A DNA stretch of 64,000 nt from Hyphomicrobiaceae bacterium (GTDB lineage: Bacteria > Pseudomonadota > Alphaproteobacteria > Rhizobiales > Hyphomicrobiaceae). Shown one piece after another: positions 19,526-29,647 of this stretch. Location: contig JAURWC010000042.1 in NCBI GenBank assembly GCA_030655135.1, positions 128,553-192,552 of the forward strand. Reading direction: 5' to 3'. The position numbers and the translations under genes were made by a program. The notes beneath the pieces are model-generated. The model saw only the letters and a list, made by a program, of their open reading frames with translations. It did not search any database and was not told where the DNA came from. The first letter of the stretch is position 1. Every line of letters begins with the position of its first letter.

Positions 19526-20671
19526 ATGGTCGTAACGCCAATGATCCTAACGCTTGCCCTGCGCAATTTTTCTCACGACCGGTTGCGATCGCTCGTAACG
19601 ATCGTCGGCATCGTGTTTGCCGTCGTGCTGCTGGCGGTACAGCTTGGGCTCTATGCCGGCGCCAGCCGCATGATCACGGGCGCGGTCGACAATGCGGCGG
19701 CCGACCTATGGGTCATGCCATTTGGAACCCAAAGCTTCGATGAAGGTGTGCCGCTGCTCGGGCCTGCGGAGCGTCACCAGGTGCTCGCGGTCGACGGGGT
19801 GAAGGCGGCAACGCCCCTGGTTGTCGGCTTTGCCGACTGGCGCCGGCCCGACAGTGCAACATCCAGCGTGGTTGTCGTTGGCGCCGACATAGAGACTGAG
19901 TCGCTGCGGCCCTGGCAGATTTCCGCGGGCGGCATGGAGAACCTTAAGGAGCCCGACGGCGTCGGCGTCGACCGCAGCTATTTTGAAGAACTCGGCATCG
20001 CCGGCCTGGGCGATCTGGGACACGTCGAAGGCGAGCGTGCGCGCGTCCGCCTGATCACTGAAGGCATCCGTTCCTTTACGCAGTCGCCCTACATCTTCAC
20101 AACGGCGCACCGAGCGCGAAACATGTTTGGTGCCAAGTCGCAGGCATCGACGTTCTTGCTCGTTCGGACTGAATCGGATGCCAACGTCGCCAGCGTGCGT
20201 AGTGAGATCGCCGGCCGGCTGAAGACGGCCGAAGTGCTGACGCCCGCGGAATTCCGCGATCGCAATCTGCAACAGTGGCTGTTCAATACGGGAGCAGGCG
20301 TGGCGCTGATCGGGGGCGCGATTCTCGGCTTGATCGTCGGCACCGTCATCGTCAGCCAGACGCTGTATTCCAGCACCAAGGATCACTTGCGCGAATACGC
20401 AACGCTGCGCGCGCTGGGCTCGCCGTCGCTGTATCTCTACAAGGTCGTGATCACGCAGGCCGCGTTGTGTGCCGTGATCGGCTACACGCTGGGCATGATC
20501 TTCGCCATGATCCTGGTGCGCGCTTCACAAGAAACCGCGATGCAGATCGTCGTCTCGCCGTTTTTGGCAATTGGCCTGTTCATGCTCACCGTGGGCATGG
20601 CGGGCATCGCCGCGGCGGCGGCGATCGTCAAGGTGATGGACATCGACCCGGCCAGCGTATTCTCGCGCTAG
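19526..20671 (+). CDS. ABC-transporter permease, FtsX/MacB/DevC-type (no adjacent ATPase)
   Basis: N-terminal TM, roughly 220-aa periplasmic MacB-like domain, and a C-terminal 3-TM FtsX domain (...QTLYSSTKDHLREYATLRALG...). Start ambiguous (TTG 19511, ATG 19526 or 19541). Confidence 0.75.
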   Translation: MVVTPMILTLALRNFSHDRLRSLVTIVGIVFAVVLLAVQLGLYAGASRMITGAVDNAAADLWVMPFGTQSFDEGVPLLGPAERHQVLAVDGVKAATPLVVGFADWRRPDSATSSVVVVGADIETESLRPWQISAGGMENLKEPDGVGVDRSYFEELGIAGLGDLGHVEGERARVRLITEGIRSFTQSPYIFTTAHRARNMFGAKSQASTFLLVRTESDANVASVRSEIAGRLKTAEVLTPAEFRDRNLQQWLFNTGAGVALIGGAILGLIVGTVIVSQTLYSSTKDHLREYATLRALGSPSLYLYKVVITQAALCAVIGYTLGMIFAMILVRASQETAMQIVVSPFLAIGLFMLTVGMAGIAAAAAIVKVMDIDPASVFSR

Positions 20672-20682
20672 GCGCCGGCTTA

Positions 20683-20952
20683 CTACTGCGTAACCTGCGG
20701 CGGCAATGGCGGAAGCTCGGTATCGACCAAGCCCGAGTTCAGGATGCCCCAGACAACACCGAATACCACGGCTGCCACCACCGTATTGATCAGGGCGATG
20801 CGGCCGATGCGGGGGGCGGCTGGCGCACTCGCAGGCGTGCCGGGCACCACGTCGCCCGCCTCGCCTTGGGTGCGTACGCCGAACGGCAGCACCACGAACA
20901 AGGTCACGAACCAGATCATAAAGAAGAGCGCAAGATTGAGTGCAATGCCCAT
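20683..20952 (-). CDS. Small membrane protein, DUF1467 family
   Basis: 89 aa with two TM helices. N-terminus ...FFMIWFVTLFVVLPFGVRTQ... typical of DUF1467. Conserved next to mce in alphaproteobacteria. Confidence 0.7.
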   Translation of the reverse strand: MGIALNLALFFMIWFVTLFVVLPFGVRTQGEAGDVVPGTPASAPAAPRIGRIALINTVVAAVVFGVVWGILNSGLVDTELPPLPPQVTQ

Positions 20953-20963
20953 CGCGCGCCCTC

Positions 20964-21368
20964 CTAGGCCTGCTCCAACTCGGTCAGCGTTCCGAGAAAA
21001 TCTTTGGGGTGCAGGAACAGCACCGGTTTGCCGTGCGCGCCGATCTTGGGATTGCCGTCGCCGAGGACGCGGGCGCCCTGCGCCTTCAGGCGGTCGCGCG
21101 CGGCGATGATGTCGTCAACCTCGTAGCAGATGTGGTGGATGCCGCCGTCGGCGTTTTTCTCAAGGAACTTGGCGATGGGCGAGTTCTCCCCCAGGGGCTC
21201 CAGGAACTCGATCTTGGTGTTCGGCAGCGTCACGAATACCACCGTCACGCCATGCTCAGGCTGTGCGGTCGGCTCGGTCATTGTTGCGCCCAGCGAGTCC
21301 TTGTAGACGGCGGTTGCGGCGGCGAGATCGCGCACCGCGATGGCAACATGGTTCAAGCGTCCGATCAT
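20964..21368 (-). CDS. mce: Methylmalonyl-CoA epimerase (VOC/glyoxalase fold)
   Basis: MIGRLNHVAIAV..., ...IEFLEP..., ...GGIHHICYEV..., ...FLHPKD... Start trimmed to the ATG at 21368. Confidence 0.85.
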   Translation of the reverse strand: MIGRLNHVAIAVRDLAAATAVYKDSLGATMTEPTAQPEHGVTVVFVTLPNTKIEFLEPLGENSPIAKFLEKNADGGIHHICYEVDDIIAARDRLKAQGARVLGDGNPKIGAHGKPVLFLHPKDFLGTLTELEQA

Positions 21369-21457
21369 GTCTTCGTCCCGTTTCAAAGTGCTTTCCGAAA
21401 CGCGCGAAGCTCGTTTCCGGTATGAAGCACGGCAAATCAGAGGGCTTTTGAGGCCGC

Positions 21458-23182
21458 TCAGCGCGTATCGACCACGTTGAGCAGCACTTTGACAATGGGC
21501 TTCTTGCCCCAGGCCTGAGACACTGCCGAGCGCACGGAGCGCCGCACCGCCTCGCTAACCATACTCGCGTCCTTGCGCCGCCCGGGAGGAATGCTGACGA
21601 GGCAGCCATCGACGGCATCCAGCACCACGTCCGCCATGGGTTCGCCCTCATCGTCCTGGGTGGGAACGCCATCCAGGGCAGTCTGGGGCTCACCCACCAG
21701 ATCGCCACGGCGCGTCATCGTCAGCGCCACGACGACGATGCCCACGGCCGCGAGCTTGCGCCGCTCGCGCACGGGCGTCTCTTCCGCGTTGATGAGCAGC
21801 CGTCCGTCGCGATAAAGGCGGCCCACGGGCGCATCGTCGATGATCTTAGCCGGCCCGGGAGCCAGCCGCACGATCTCGCCGTTCGTCAGGATCAGCACAT
21901 CATTGACGCCGCACGATCGGGCCAGCTTGGCGTGCTCGCGCAGGTGCCGGGCTTCGCCGTGCATGGGGATGGCGATCTTCGGCTTCGTCCAGGCATACAT
22001 CTGCCGCAGCTCGTCGCGCCGCGGATGGCCGGTCACGTGCACCAGGGCCTCGTTGTCGGTCAGCACATCGCAGCCCATCATCGCCAGGCTGTTCTGGATG
22101 CGGCCGACGGCCTTCTCGTTGCCCGGAATGGTGCGCGAGGAAAAGATGACGAGGTCGCCTTTATCCAGCGACAGATCCGGATGCTCGTTCTGCGCCAGGC
22201 GTGCCATGGCCGCGCGCGGCTCGCCCTGGCTGCCCGTCGACAGGCAGACGATCTCGTCACGGCGCAGATAGGAAAACTGCTGCTGGTCGAGATACTGAAA
22301 ATCCTTCGGCAGGTAGCCGGTTTCGATACCGACCTGGATGGCGCGATGCAGGGCGCGCCCCGCTATGACGAGACGGCGTCCGGCTGCCCGCGTCGCATCC
22401 GCGACCGCCTTTACGCGTCCGACGTTGGAGGCAAATGTGGTGACGACGACGCGGTCCTTGGCGTTCTTGATGATGTCGCGGATTGAGGCGGCAACCGCCG
22501 TCTCGGACGGCGAGCGGCCTTCGCGCATCGCATTCGTGCTGTCGCCGATAAAGGCGAGGATGCCCTCCTCGCCGATCTCGGCGATGCGTTTGGCATTTGT
22601 CGGCGCGCCGACGACGGGCGTGTCGTCGAGCTTCCAATCGGCGGTGTGGAACACCGTGCCAAGCGGCGTGCGGATCGCCAGCGCGCTCACCTCGGGAATC
22701 GAGTGCGCCATGTTGACGAGTTCGACATCGAACGAGCCGGCGTTGAAACGGCCTTCGACGGGCACAACGCGGATGTCAATCTTGAGCCCCGGCGAGATCT
22801 CGCCGGCCTTGGTCTTGAGCATGCCGGCGGTGAAGGGCGTCACATAAACCGGGACGCGCAGCTTGTCCGACAGCTCGATGACGGCGCCGACGTGGTCCTC
22901 ATGGGCGTGCGTGATGACGATGCCCTTGAGCGAAGATCTTTGGGCCTCGATGTAGGCGAGATCAGGCAGGATGACATCGACACCGGGTTCGTAGTCGCCT
23001 TCAGGGAAGGTGATGCCGAGATCGACCATCAGCCACTCGCGCTGATCCGGCGGGCCGATGCCGTACAGATAGGCGTTCATGCCGATCTCTCCGAGACCGC
23101 CAAGCGCCACCATCACCAATTCGCTATCTTGCTTTGCCGGCCTGCGCCCCTCCTTGGTGCGCGCCCCCTGTTCCGCCATCAA
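21458..23182 (-). CDS. rnj: Ribonuclease J (metallo-beta-lactamase/beta-CASP)
   Basis: THAHEDHVGA zinc motif, beta-CASP region, and a size of 574 aa. Confidence 0.9.
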   Translation of the reverse strand: MMAEQGARTKEGRRPAKQDSELVMVALGGLGEIGMNAYLYGIGPPDQREWLMVDLGITFPEGDYEPGVDVILPDLAYIEAQRSSLKGIVITHAHEDHVGAVIELSDKLRVPVYVTPFTAGMLKTKAGEISPGLKIDIRVVPVEGRFNAGSFDVELVNMAHSIPEVSALAIRTPLGTVFHTADWKLDDTPVVGAPTNAKRIAEIGEEGILAFIGDSTNAMREGRSPSETAVAASIRDIIKNAKDRVVVTTFASNVGRVKAVADATRAAGRRLVIAGRALHRAIQVGIETGYLPKDFQYLDQQQFSYLRRDEIVCLSTGSQGEPRAAMARLAQNEHPDLSLDKGDLVIFSSRTIPGNEKAVGRIQNSLAMMGCDVLTDNEALVHVTGHPRRDELRQMYAWTKPKIAIPMHGEARHLREHAKLARSCGVNDVLILTNGEIVRLAPGPAKIIDDAPVGRLYRDGRLLINAEETPVRERRKLAAVGIVVVALTMTRRGDLVGEPQTALDGVPTQDDEGEPMADVVLDAVDGCLVSIPPGRRKDASMVSEAVRRSVRSAVSQAWGKKPIVKVLLNVVDTR

Positions 23183-23211
23183 ACGTTCCGCCTGCCCCTG
23201 CTGGTCGTATC

Positions 23212-23961
23212 TTATGCAATCGTGACGTCACCATACGTGCAACGGCGGACTTCGCCACCCTCGATTTCAACTAAAAGTGCTCCGTCAAGATCGAGGCCAG
23301 CGAAGGCGCCGGTGATGGCGCCCTGCGGCAGTTGTACCGTCAGCCGCTCGCCCACGGCCCCGCATCTTTCGAGCCAGGCTGAGCGCACGGCCGCGAACCC
23401 GCGCGATTCGTCCCAAAGCGAAAGAGCCGCGGTCAAAGCCGCATCCAGCGCCTGCAGGGCGTCAGCCGGTGCAACCGCAACGCCCTGGGCTGCCAGGCTG
23501 GTGACGTCCCGTCCGGCGATTTCGGGATGCGACGCCAGGTTCAGGCCGATGCCGATCACGGCCGTCAGGTTTGGTTGGCCGGGCAACATGCTGCTCTCGA
23601 CCAGAATGCCACCGGCCTTGGCGCGGCCGATCAGAACGTCGTTCGGCCACTTCAGTCGCAGGCCGTGTTGGCGGCCAAGACCGCATGTGAGCAGCGCATC
23701 GAACACCGCAACGCCGGCCACGAGCGAGAGCTGATGCGCGGTGGCGATGGGCGCTGCGGTCTGAAACATGTAGCTGGCGAACAGATTGCCCGGCCGGCTG
23801 ACCCATTCGCGACCCGACCGCCCCTTGCCGCCCGTCTGCACATCCGCCGTGACCCACAGTGGCCCGGCCTCGCTCGCCGCTGCAAGCCGCATCGCCTCAG
23901 CGTTCGTCGACCCGACCTCGGCTAGGTGCACCACGCGTGTCCCAAGTGCCGACGACATCAT
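23212..23961 (-). CDS. birA: Biotin-[acetyl-CoA-carboxylase] ligase (group I, no DNA-binding domain)
   Basis: ...TADVQTGGKGRSGREW... (GRGRxGRxW-type motif) and ...KWPNDVL... Start trimmed to tandem ATGs at 23958/23961. Confidence 0.85.
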   Translation of the reverse strand: MMSSALGTRVVHLAEVGSTNAEAMRLAAASEAGPLWVTADVQTGGKGRSGREWVSRPGNLFASYMFQTAAPIATAHQLSLVAGVAVFDALLTCGLGRQHGLRLKWPNDVLIGRAKAGGILVESSMLPGQPNLTAVIGIGLNLASHPEIAGRDVTSLAAQGVAVAPADALQALDAALTAALSLWDESRGFAAVRSAWLERCGAVGERLTVQLPQGAITGAFAGLDLDGALLVEIEGGEVRRCTYGDVTIA

Positions 23962-23996
23962 TGTTCGCTCCACCGAAACCACAATCCGCAACGCGA

Positions 23997-24160
23997 TTCC
24001 CCTCCCCTCGACGGGGTGGGGTTAGGGGTAGGGTGGAGAACTTGGAGAATGGCCAAGGGAAAATAAGAACGGCCTAGAGGATGGTGATCAGTTTGAAAAA
24101 AAACCGATCCTACTGGCTCTTCCCCCCACCCCCGGCCCCTCCCCGCCAGGGGGAGGGGAG
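23997..24160. repeat. Copy A of a roughly 165-bp inverted-repeat, G/C-tract element (MITE/REP-like)
   Basis: Left arm cccctcccctcgacggggtggggttaggggtagggtgg. Right arm ccacccccggcccctccccgccagggggagggga is roughly its reverse complement. Near-identical arms recur at 30546-30710. Confidence 0.7.
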
Positions 24161-24222
24161 AAGTTCCGTTGCGTCGGCTAAGTACGATTGAGGAGGCGGC
24201 GCATGGATGTGGGGCCAATTGT

Positions 24223-24245
24223 GGGGTCTGACCTCGGTCAGACCC
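24223..24245. repeat. Palindromic unit GGGGTCTGACC-tc-GGTCAGACCC
   Basis: Perfect 10-bp inverted repeat read directly. A related unit lies 110 nt downstream. Confidence 0.6.
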
Positions 24246-24335
24246 TTTGTTCGACGGGCGGGGTCGATAGGGTCGGGGAGCCAGAACAGACCGCTGGCTC
24301 AACAAGAGAGACCTGACCCGATGGCGTTGGAGCAT

Positions 24336-24359
24336 GGGGTCAGACCGAGATCTGACCCC
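24336..24359. repeat. Palindromic unit GGGGTCAGA-ccgaga-TCTGACCCC
   Basis: Perfect 9-bp inverted repeat sharing the GGGGTCAGAC core with 24223-24245. Lies just downstream of the nuoN stop. Confidence 0.6.
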
Positions 24360-24397
24360 GGTAGCGATTTGCGCGTTTGAGGCGGCAGGCATCGCCG

Positions 24398-25846
24398 TCA
24401 AAACTTGAGGGTGACGGCGGCGGCGTTGGCGGCGTCGAGGATGGAGGGACCCGGCCAGATGACGAACACCAGCGTGAAGATGACCGATGCGCCCATGACG
24501 AAGACCAGCGCCGCATCGCTCTTTTCGAAAGCAGGCTTTGGGTCATCGAAGAACATGATCTTGATGATGCGCAAGTAGTAGAACGCACTGACCACGCTCG
24601 CCAGCACACCAATGATCGCCAGCCAGCCGAGGCCCGCCTTCACGGCGGGTGCCAGCACGTACCACTTGGCGAAGAAGCCCGCGAGCGGCGGCACGCCCGC
24701 CAGCGAAAACAGCAGGACGCCAAGCACGGCCGCCATCTTGAGATCGGTTTGCGCCAGGCCGGCGAGCTCGTAGATGTCTTCGACCATGCCCTCCTCGCGC
24801 CGCATGGCGAGGATGACGGCGAACACGCCGAGCGTCATGGCGAGGTAGATCGCCATGTAGATGAGGATGCCGGCCACGCCATCGGCATTCGCGGCCGCAA
24901 GGCCCACGAGCATGAAACCGACGTGGCCGATGGAAGAGTACGCCATCAGCCGCTTGAGGTTGGTCTGTCCGATCGCAGCGAAAGCGCCGAGCAGCATCGA
25001 GCCGATGGCCGCAAAGACGATGATCTGCTGCCACTGCGCCACGGCATTGGGAAAGCCGGCGATGACGACGCGCGTGAGCAACGCCACGGCCGCGACCTTG
25101 CCGGCAGCCGCGAAGAACGCCGTGATCGGCGTCGGCGAGCCTTCGTACACATCGGGCGACCACATGTGGAATGGCACCGCGGCCACCTTGAACGCCATAC
25201 CCGCGAGCAGGAAGACAAGACCGATGATGATGCCTAAGCTCGGCACGCCGCCCGGCGGTATGGCTGCAGCAATTCCGGCCAGGCTCGTGGTGCCGGTGAA
25301 GCCATAGATTAGCGAGGCGCCGTACAGCAGCATGCCGGATGAGAGCGCGCCCAGCACGAAATATTTCAAGCCCGCTTCGCTGGCCCGCACGTCGTCGCGC
25401 CGGATGGCGGCCAGGACATATGACACGAGGCTGTGCAGCTCGACGCCGAGATATAGGGCGATGAAGTCTCCCGCGGAGATCATCATGCTCATGCCGACGG
25501 TGCCCAGAAGGATAAGCACCGGCAGCTCGAACTTCAGCGCGCGGTGGCGCTTGAAATAGCCGTGCGACATGAGGATGGCGAAGGCGGAACCGGCCAGCAT
25601 CAAGAGCTTCATGAATCGGCCGAACGGGTCGACGATGAAGGCGCCGTTAAACACGGTCACCGTCTCTGCCGGTTGCGCCAGGATCATGCCGGCGGCTACA
25701 GCCAGGATCACGATTGCCAGCCAGCCGCCGAGCTGGGCGTTGTCGTCCGTCTCGCGCGTGAAGGCGCCGAACATCAGCAACGCCATGGCGCCGATGGCCA
25801 GCACGAGTTCCGGGTAGATCGGCGCGTAGGTGGCGGCCTCGGTCAT
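24398..25846 (-). CDS. nuoN: NADH-quinone oxidoreductase subunit N
   Basis: 482-aa antiporter-like polytopic protein, last gene of the nuoA-N series. Confidence 0.9.
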   Translation of the reverse strand: MTEAATYAPIYPELVLAIGAMALLMFGAFTRETDDNAQLGGWLAIVILAVAAGMILAQPAETVTVFNGAFIVDPFGRFMKLLMLAGSAFAILMSHGYFKRHRALKFELPVLILLGTVGMSMMISAGDFIALYLGVELHSLVSYVLAAIRRDDVRASEAGLKYFVLGALSSGMLLYGASLIYGFTGTTSLAGIAAAIPPGGVPSLGIIIGLVFLLAGMAFKVAAVPFHMWSPDVYEGSPTPITAFFAAAGKVAAVALLTRVVIAGFPNAVAQWQQIIVFAAIGSMLLGAFAAIGQTNLKRLMAYSSIGHVGFMLVGLAAANADGVAGILIYMAIYLAMTLGVFAVILAMRREEGMVEDIYELAGLAQTDLKMAAVLGVLLFSLAGVPPLAGFFAKWYVLAPAVKAGLGWLAIIGVLASVVSAFYYLRIIKIMFFDDPKPAFEKSDAALVFVMGASVIFTLVFVIWPGPSILDAANAAAVTLKF

Positions 25847-25856
25847 GGCATGGGCC

Positions 25857-27359
25857 TCAAGGTGCGGTCGCGAGCGCGGTCGCCGTATTCACGGCCGCCT
25901 CGTAATTGGAAACGAGTTGCTTCACCGACGCGGCCGTCACGTCGAGGACGGGCGCGGGATAGAAGCCAAACAAGACGGTGAGCACGACCAGCGGCGCCAG
26001 GATTGCGATCTCGCGTGGTGTCATGTCAGTGAGCTTCTGCAGCGCGGGCTTGGTGAGTTCCCCAAAGACGACGCGGCGATAGAGCCACAACGCGTAGGCC
26101 GCCGACAGGATGACGCCAACCGTCGCCAGCGCGGCGACGAGCGTGTTGGCCTTGAACGCACCCAGCAGCGTCAGGAACTCGCCGACGAACCCGGACGTGC
26201 CGGGCAGGCCGACGTTGGCCATGGTGAAGACCATGAACACCGCCGCATAGATCGGCATGCGCTCCACGATGCCACCGTAGGCGGAAATCTCGCGCGTGTG
26301 CATGCGGTCGTAGACGACGCCAACGCACAGGAACAGCGCGGCCGACACGATGCCATGCGATAGCATCTGGAAGATCGCGCCGTCGACACCCTGCGTCGTG
26401 AACGTGAAGATGCCCATCGTCACGTAACCCATATGGGCCACCGATGAGTAGGCGATCAGCTTCTTGATGTCGTGCTGCACCAGCGCGATCAGCGAGGTGG
26501 CGATGATGGCGATCACCGACATAGAGAAAATCAGCGGCGCCAGTTCCTGGCTGGCGAGCGGGAACATCGGCAGCGAGAAGCGCAAAAAGCCATAGCCGCC
26601 CATCTTCAGCAGGATTGCCGCTAGAACCACGGATCCCGCCGTCGGCGCTTCCACGTGTGCGTCGGGCAGCCAAGTGTGCAGCGGCCACATCGGCATCTTT
26701 ACCGCGAAGGAGGCAAAGAACGCCAGCCACAGCCACCACTGCATGTCGGCCGGGAACTTGGTGGTCATCAGCGTCGGAATGTCGGTGGTGCCGGCGAAGG
26801 CATACATCGACATCATGGCGATGAGCATCAGCACGGAACCGAGGAACGTGTAGAGGAAGAACTTGAACGAGGCATAGACGCGGCGCGGGCCGCCCCAGAC
26901 GCCGATGATCAGGAACATCGGGATTAGGCCGCCTTCGAAGAACAAGTAGAACAGCACCAGATCCAGCGCGCAGAAGACGCCGATCATCAGGCTTTCCAAC
27001 ACGAGGAAGGCGATCATGTACTCCTTCACGCGGTGCTCGATGCTGTTCCAGCTCGCGAGAATGCACAGCGGCATCAGGAACGTGGTGAGGATGACGAACA
27101 GCATCGAGATGCCGTCGACGCCCATCTTGTATTTGATGGGGCCGAGCCAGGCGCGGTCTTCCACGAACTGGAAGCCGGCGTTGGAGCTATCGAAGTTCGT
27201 CCAGATCAAGATCGACACGATGAACGTGATGATCGTGGTCCACAGCGCCACGTAGCGCGCGTTTGTCGTCGCGTCGCGCGGCAGGAAAGCGAGGAAGATC
27301 GCGCCGGCAATCGGCAGGAACGTCACGATGGTGAGGATCGGTGCGTTGGCGATGTTCAT
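25857..27359 (-). CDS. nuoM: NADH-quinone oxidoreductase subunit M
   Basis: 500-aa antiporter-like subunit (...[18 protein letters not shown]...). Operon position. Confidence 0.92.
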   Translation of the reverse strand: MNIANAPILTIVTFLPIAGAIFLAFLPRDATTNARYVALWTTIITFIVSILIWTNFDSSNAGFQFVEDRAWLGPIKYKMGVDGISMLFVILTTFLMPLCILASWNSIEHRVKEYMIAFLVLESLMIGVFCALDLVLFYLFFEGGLIPMFLIIGVWGGPRRVYASFKFFLYTFLGSVLMLIAMMSMYAFAGTTDIPTLMTTKFPADMQWWLWLAFFASFAVKMPMWPLHTWLPDAHVEAPTAGSVVLAAILLKMGGYGFLRFSLPMFPLASQELAPLIFSMSVIAIIATSLIALVQHDIKKLIAYSSVAHMGYVTMGIFTFTTQGVDGAIFQMLSHGIVSAALFLCVGVVYDRMHTREISAYGGIVERMPIYAAVFMVFTMANVGLPGTSGFVGEFLTLLGAFKANTLVAALATVGVILSAAYALWLYRRVVFGELTKPALQKLTDMTPREIAILAPLVVLTVLFGFYPAPVLDVTAASVKQLVSNYEAAVNTATALATAP

Positions 27360-27363
27360 CGGA

Positions 27364-29307
27364 TCAGATCCCGCCCTTCATCATGAAATAGGTGATGACG
27401 AGCGCGATGCCGATCAGCATGGCGAACGCGTAGTGGAAGACGTATCCCGTCTGCAGCTTGACCACTTTTGTGGTGGCCCAGCCGACCGTGTTGGCGGTGC
27501 CGTCGATGGTGCCGTCGATCACGGCGCCGTCGACACCCTTCCATAGCGCACGGCCGATGGCACTAGCGGGTCGCACGAACAGGAAGTCGTACAGCTCGTC
27601 GAAGTACCACTTGTTGAGGAAGAACAGGTACAGCGGGCGGAAGGCGGCCGCCGTGCGCGCCGGCAGCGTCGGCGACACGATGTAAAAGAGGTACGCTAGG
27701 CCTAGGCCGGACAGCATGGCGACGAACGGCGCCCAGCGCACCCACTCCGGCACCTCGTGCATGGCGTGCATCACGTGGTTATCCGGTGCCTCGAACAGGG
27801 CCGGCCCCCAGAACTCCTTGTAGTGGTGGCCGATGAAGAACTCGGTGAACACCGCGCCCGCCAGCACCGCGCCGACAGCCAGCACCGCCAGCGGCACAAG
27901 CATCACCGGCGGGCTTTCATGCGCGTGATCGAAGGCGTGATGATCGGCCCGCGTCGGCCCATGGAACGTCAGGAAGATGAGACGCCAGGAGTAGAACGAC
28001 GTCATGAACGCGGCGATGACGAGCAGCCAGAACGCATAGTTGTGAGCCGTATGCGCGGCGAATGCGGCTTCGATGATGCCGTCCTTGGAATGGAAGCCGG
28101 CAAACCCGACGAGGTGCGGGATGCCGACGCCGGTCAGCGCCAGCGTGCCGATCAGCATCATGATCCAGGTGAAGCGGATCTTCGGCGCCAGCCCGCCCAT
28201 GTTGCGCATGTCCTGCTCGTGATGCATCGCGTGGATCACCGAGCCGGCGCCCAGGAACAGGAGCGCCTTGAAGAAGGCATGCGTGAAGAGATGGAAGATC
28301 GCCACGCCATACGCGCCTACGCCGCAGGCCACGAACATGTAGCCGAGCTGCGAGCACGTCGAATAGGCGATCACGCGCTTGATGTCGTTCTGCACGAGCC
28401 CGACGGTGGCCGCGAAGAACGCCGTGATCGCGCCGATGAACGTGACGAACTGCAGCGCGGTGGGCGCCAACTCGAACAGCGGTGACAGACGCGCCACCAT
28501 GAACACGCCGGCCGTCACCATGGTGGCGGCGTGGATCAGCGCCGACACGGGCGTGGGGCCTTCCATGGCGTCCGGCAACCAGGTGTGCAGCAGAAACTGC
28601 GCCGACTTGCCCATGGCGCCCATGAACAGCAGCAGGCACAGCAGCGTCAGGATATCGATGTCATAGCCGACGAAGTTCATCGTCTTGCCGACCGCGCTCG
28701 GGGCAGCGGCGAACAACGCATCCAGGTTGATCGTCTTGAAGACGTAGAACAGCCCAAAGATGCCGAGCGCGAAGCCGAAGTCGCCCACGCGATTGACGAC
28801 GAACGCCTTGATGGCTGCAGCATTGGCGGATGGCTTCTTGTACCAGAAACCGATCAGCAGGTAGCTGGCAAGGCCCACGCCCTCCCAGCCGAAGAACATC
28901 TGCAGCAGGTTGTCGGACGTCACCAGCATCAGCATGGCGAACGTGAAGAGCGACAGGTAGGCGAAGAAGCGCGGCCGGCTGTCGTCTTCGTGCATGTAGC
29001 CAATGGAATAGAGATGCACGAGCGACGAAACGGTGGTGACGACGACCAGCATCACCGCCGTCAGCGTGTCGATCTTCAGCGCCCAGGCCGTGTCGAGCTC
29101 GCCCGAGGTCACCCACCGCATCAGCGGCACGCGCGCCGTATTATGGCCCAGCGCCACGTCGACGAACACGACCCACGACAGCACGGCGGCTATCAAAAGG
29201 AACGCGGTCGTGACGAGTTCCGAGGGCCGGTCGCCGATCAGGCGGCCGAACAGGCCGGCCACGAGCGCGCCGAGAAGCGGCAGGAAAACGATCGCCGTAT
29301 AGATCAT
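27364..29307 (-). CDS. nuoL: NADH-quinone oxidoreductase subunit L
   Basis: 647 aa (...[27 protein letters not shown]...) with a C-terminal lateral-helix region. Confidence 0.92.
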   Translation of the reverse strand: MIYTAIVFLPLLGALVAGLFGRLIGDRPSELVTTAFLLIAAVLSWVVFVDVALGHNTARVPLMRWVTSGELDTAWALKIDTLTAVMLVVVTTVSSLVHLYSIGYMHEDDSRPRFFAYLSLFTFAMLMLVTSDNLLQMFFGWEGVGLASYLLIGFWYKKPSANAAAIKAFVVNRVGDFGFALGIFGLFYVFKTINLDALFAAAPSAVGKTMNFVGYDIDILTLLCLLLFMGAMGKSAQFLLHTWLPDAMEGPTPVSALIHAATMVTAGVFMVARLSPLFELAPTALQFVTFIGAITAFFAATVGLVQNDIKRVIAYSTCSQLGYMFVACGVGAYGVAIFHLFTHAFFKALLFLGAGSVIHAMHHEQDMRNMGGLAPKIRFTWIMMLIGTLALTGVGIPHLVGFAGFHSKDGIIEAAFAAHTAHNYAFWLLVIAAFMTSFYSWRLIFLTFHGPTRADHHAFDHAHESPPVMLVPLAVLAVGAVLAGAVFTEFFIGHHYKEFWGPALFEAPDNHVMHAMHEVPEWVRWAPFVAMLSGLGLAYLFYIVSPTLPARTAAAFRPLYLFFLNKWYFDELYDFLFVRPASAIGRALWKGVDGAVIDGTIDGTANTVGWATTKVVKLQTGYVFHYAFAMLIGIALVITYFMMKGGI

Positions 29308-29318
29308 GCGCTCGTCCC

Positions 29319-29642
29319 TCAGCCTTTCATCATGTTGATGTCTTCCACGGCGATGGAGCCGCGGTTGCGGTAGTAGACGACGATGATCGCCAGGCCGATG
29401 GCCGTTTCGGCGGCCGCCACGGTAAGTATGAACAGCGCGAACACCTGGCCGACGAGGTCGCCAGAGAAGTGCGCAAACGCCACCAGGTTAATGTTGACGG
29501 CCAGCAGCATCAGCTCGACCGACATCAGGATGATGATGACGTTCTTGCGGTTGAGGAAGATGCCGAACATGCCGAGCGTCAGCAGGCACGCTGCGACCGT
29601 CAGATAGTGTCCGATGCCGATTTCCCAGATGCCGGTTTCCAT
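29319..29642 (-). CDS. nuoK: NADH-quinone oxidoreductase subunit K
   Basis: 107 aa, 3 TM (...[19 protein letters not shown]...[11 protein letters not shown]...). ORF-track 335-aa version trimmed to the METGIWE start. Confidence 0.9.
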   Translation of the reverse strand: METGIWEIGIGHYLTVAACLLTLGMFGIFLNRKNVIIILMSVELMLLAVNINLVAFAHFSGDLVGQVFALFILTVAAAETAIGLAIIVVYYRNRGSIAVEDINMMKG

Positions 29643-29647
29643 GGCGG

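Noticed and set aside
23958-24401. 147-aa ORF across the nuoN-birA gap, and the 256-aa ORF 30274-31044 across the nuoI-nuoJ spacer, considered as real small proteins.
   Set aside because: Both are read through G/C-tract inverted repeats and palindromes, giving low-complexity Pro/Gly/Arg strings. There is no SD and no family resemblance. They are better explained as non-coding repeat elements.
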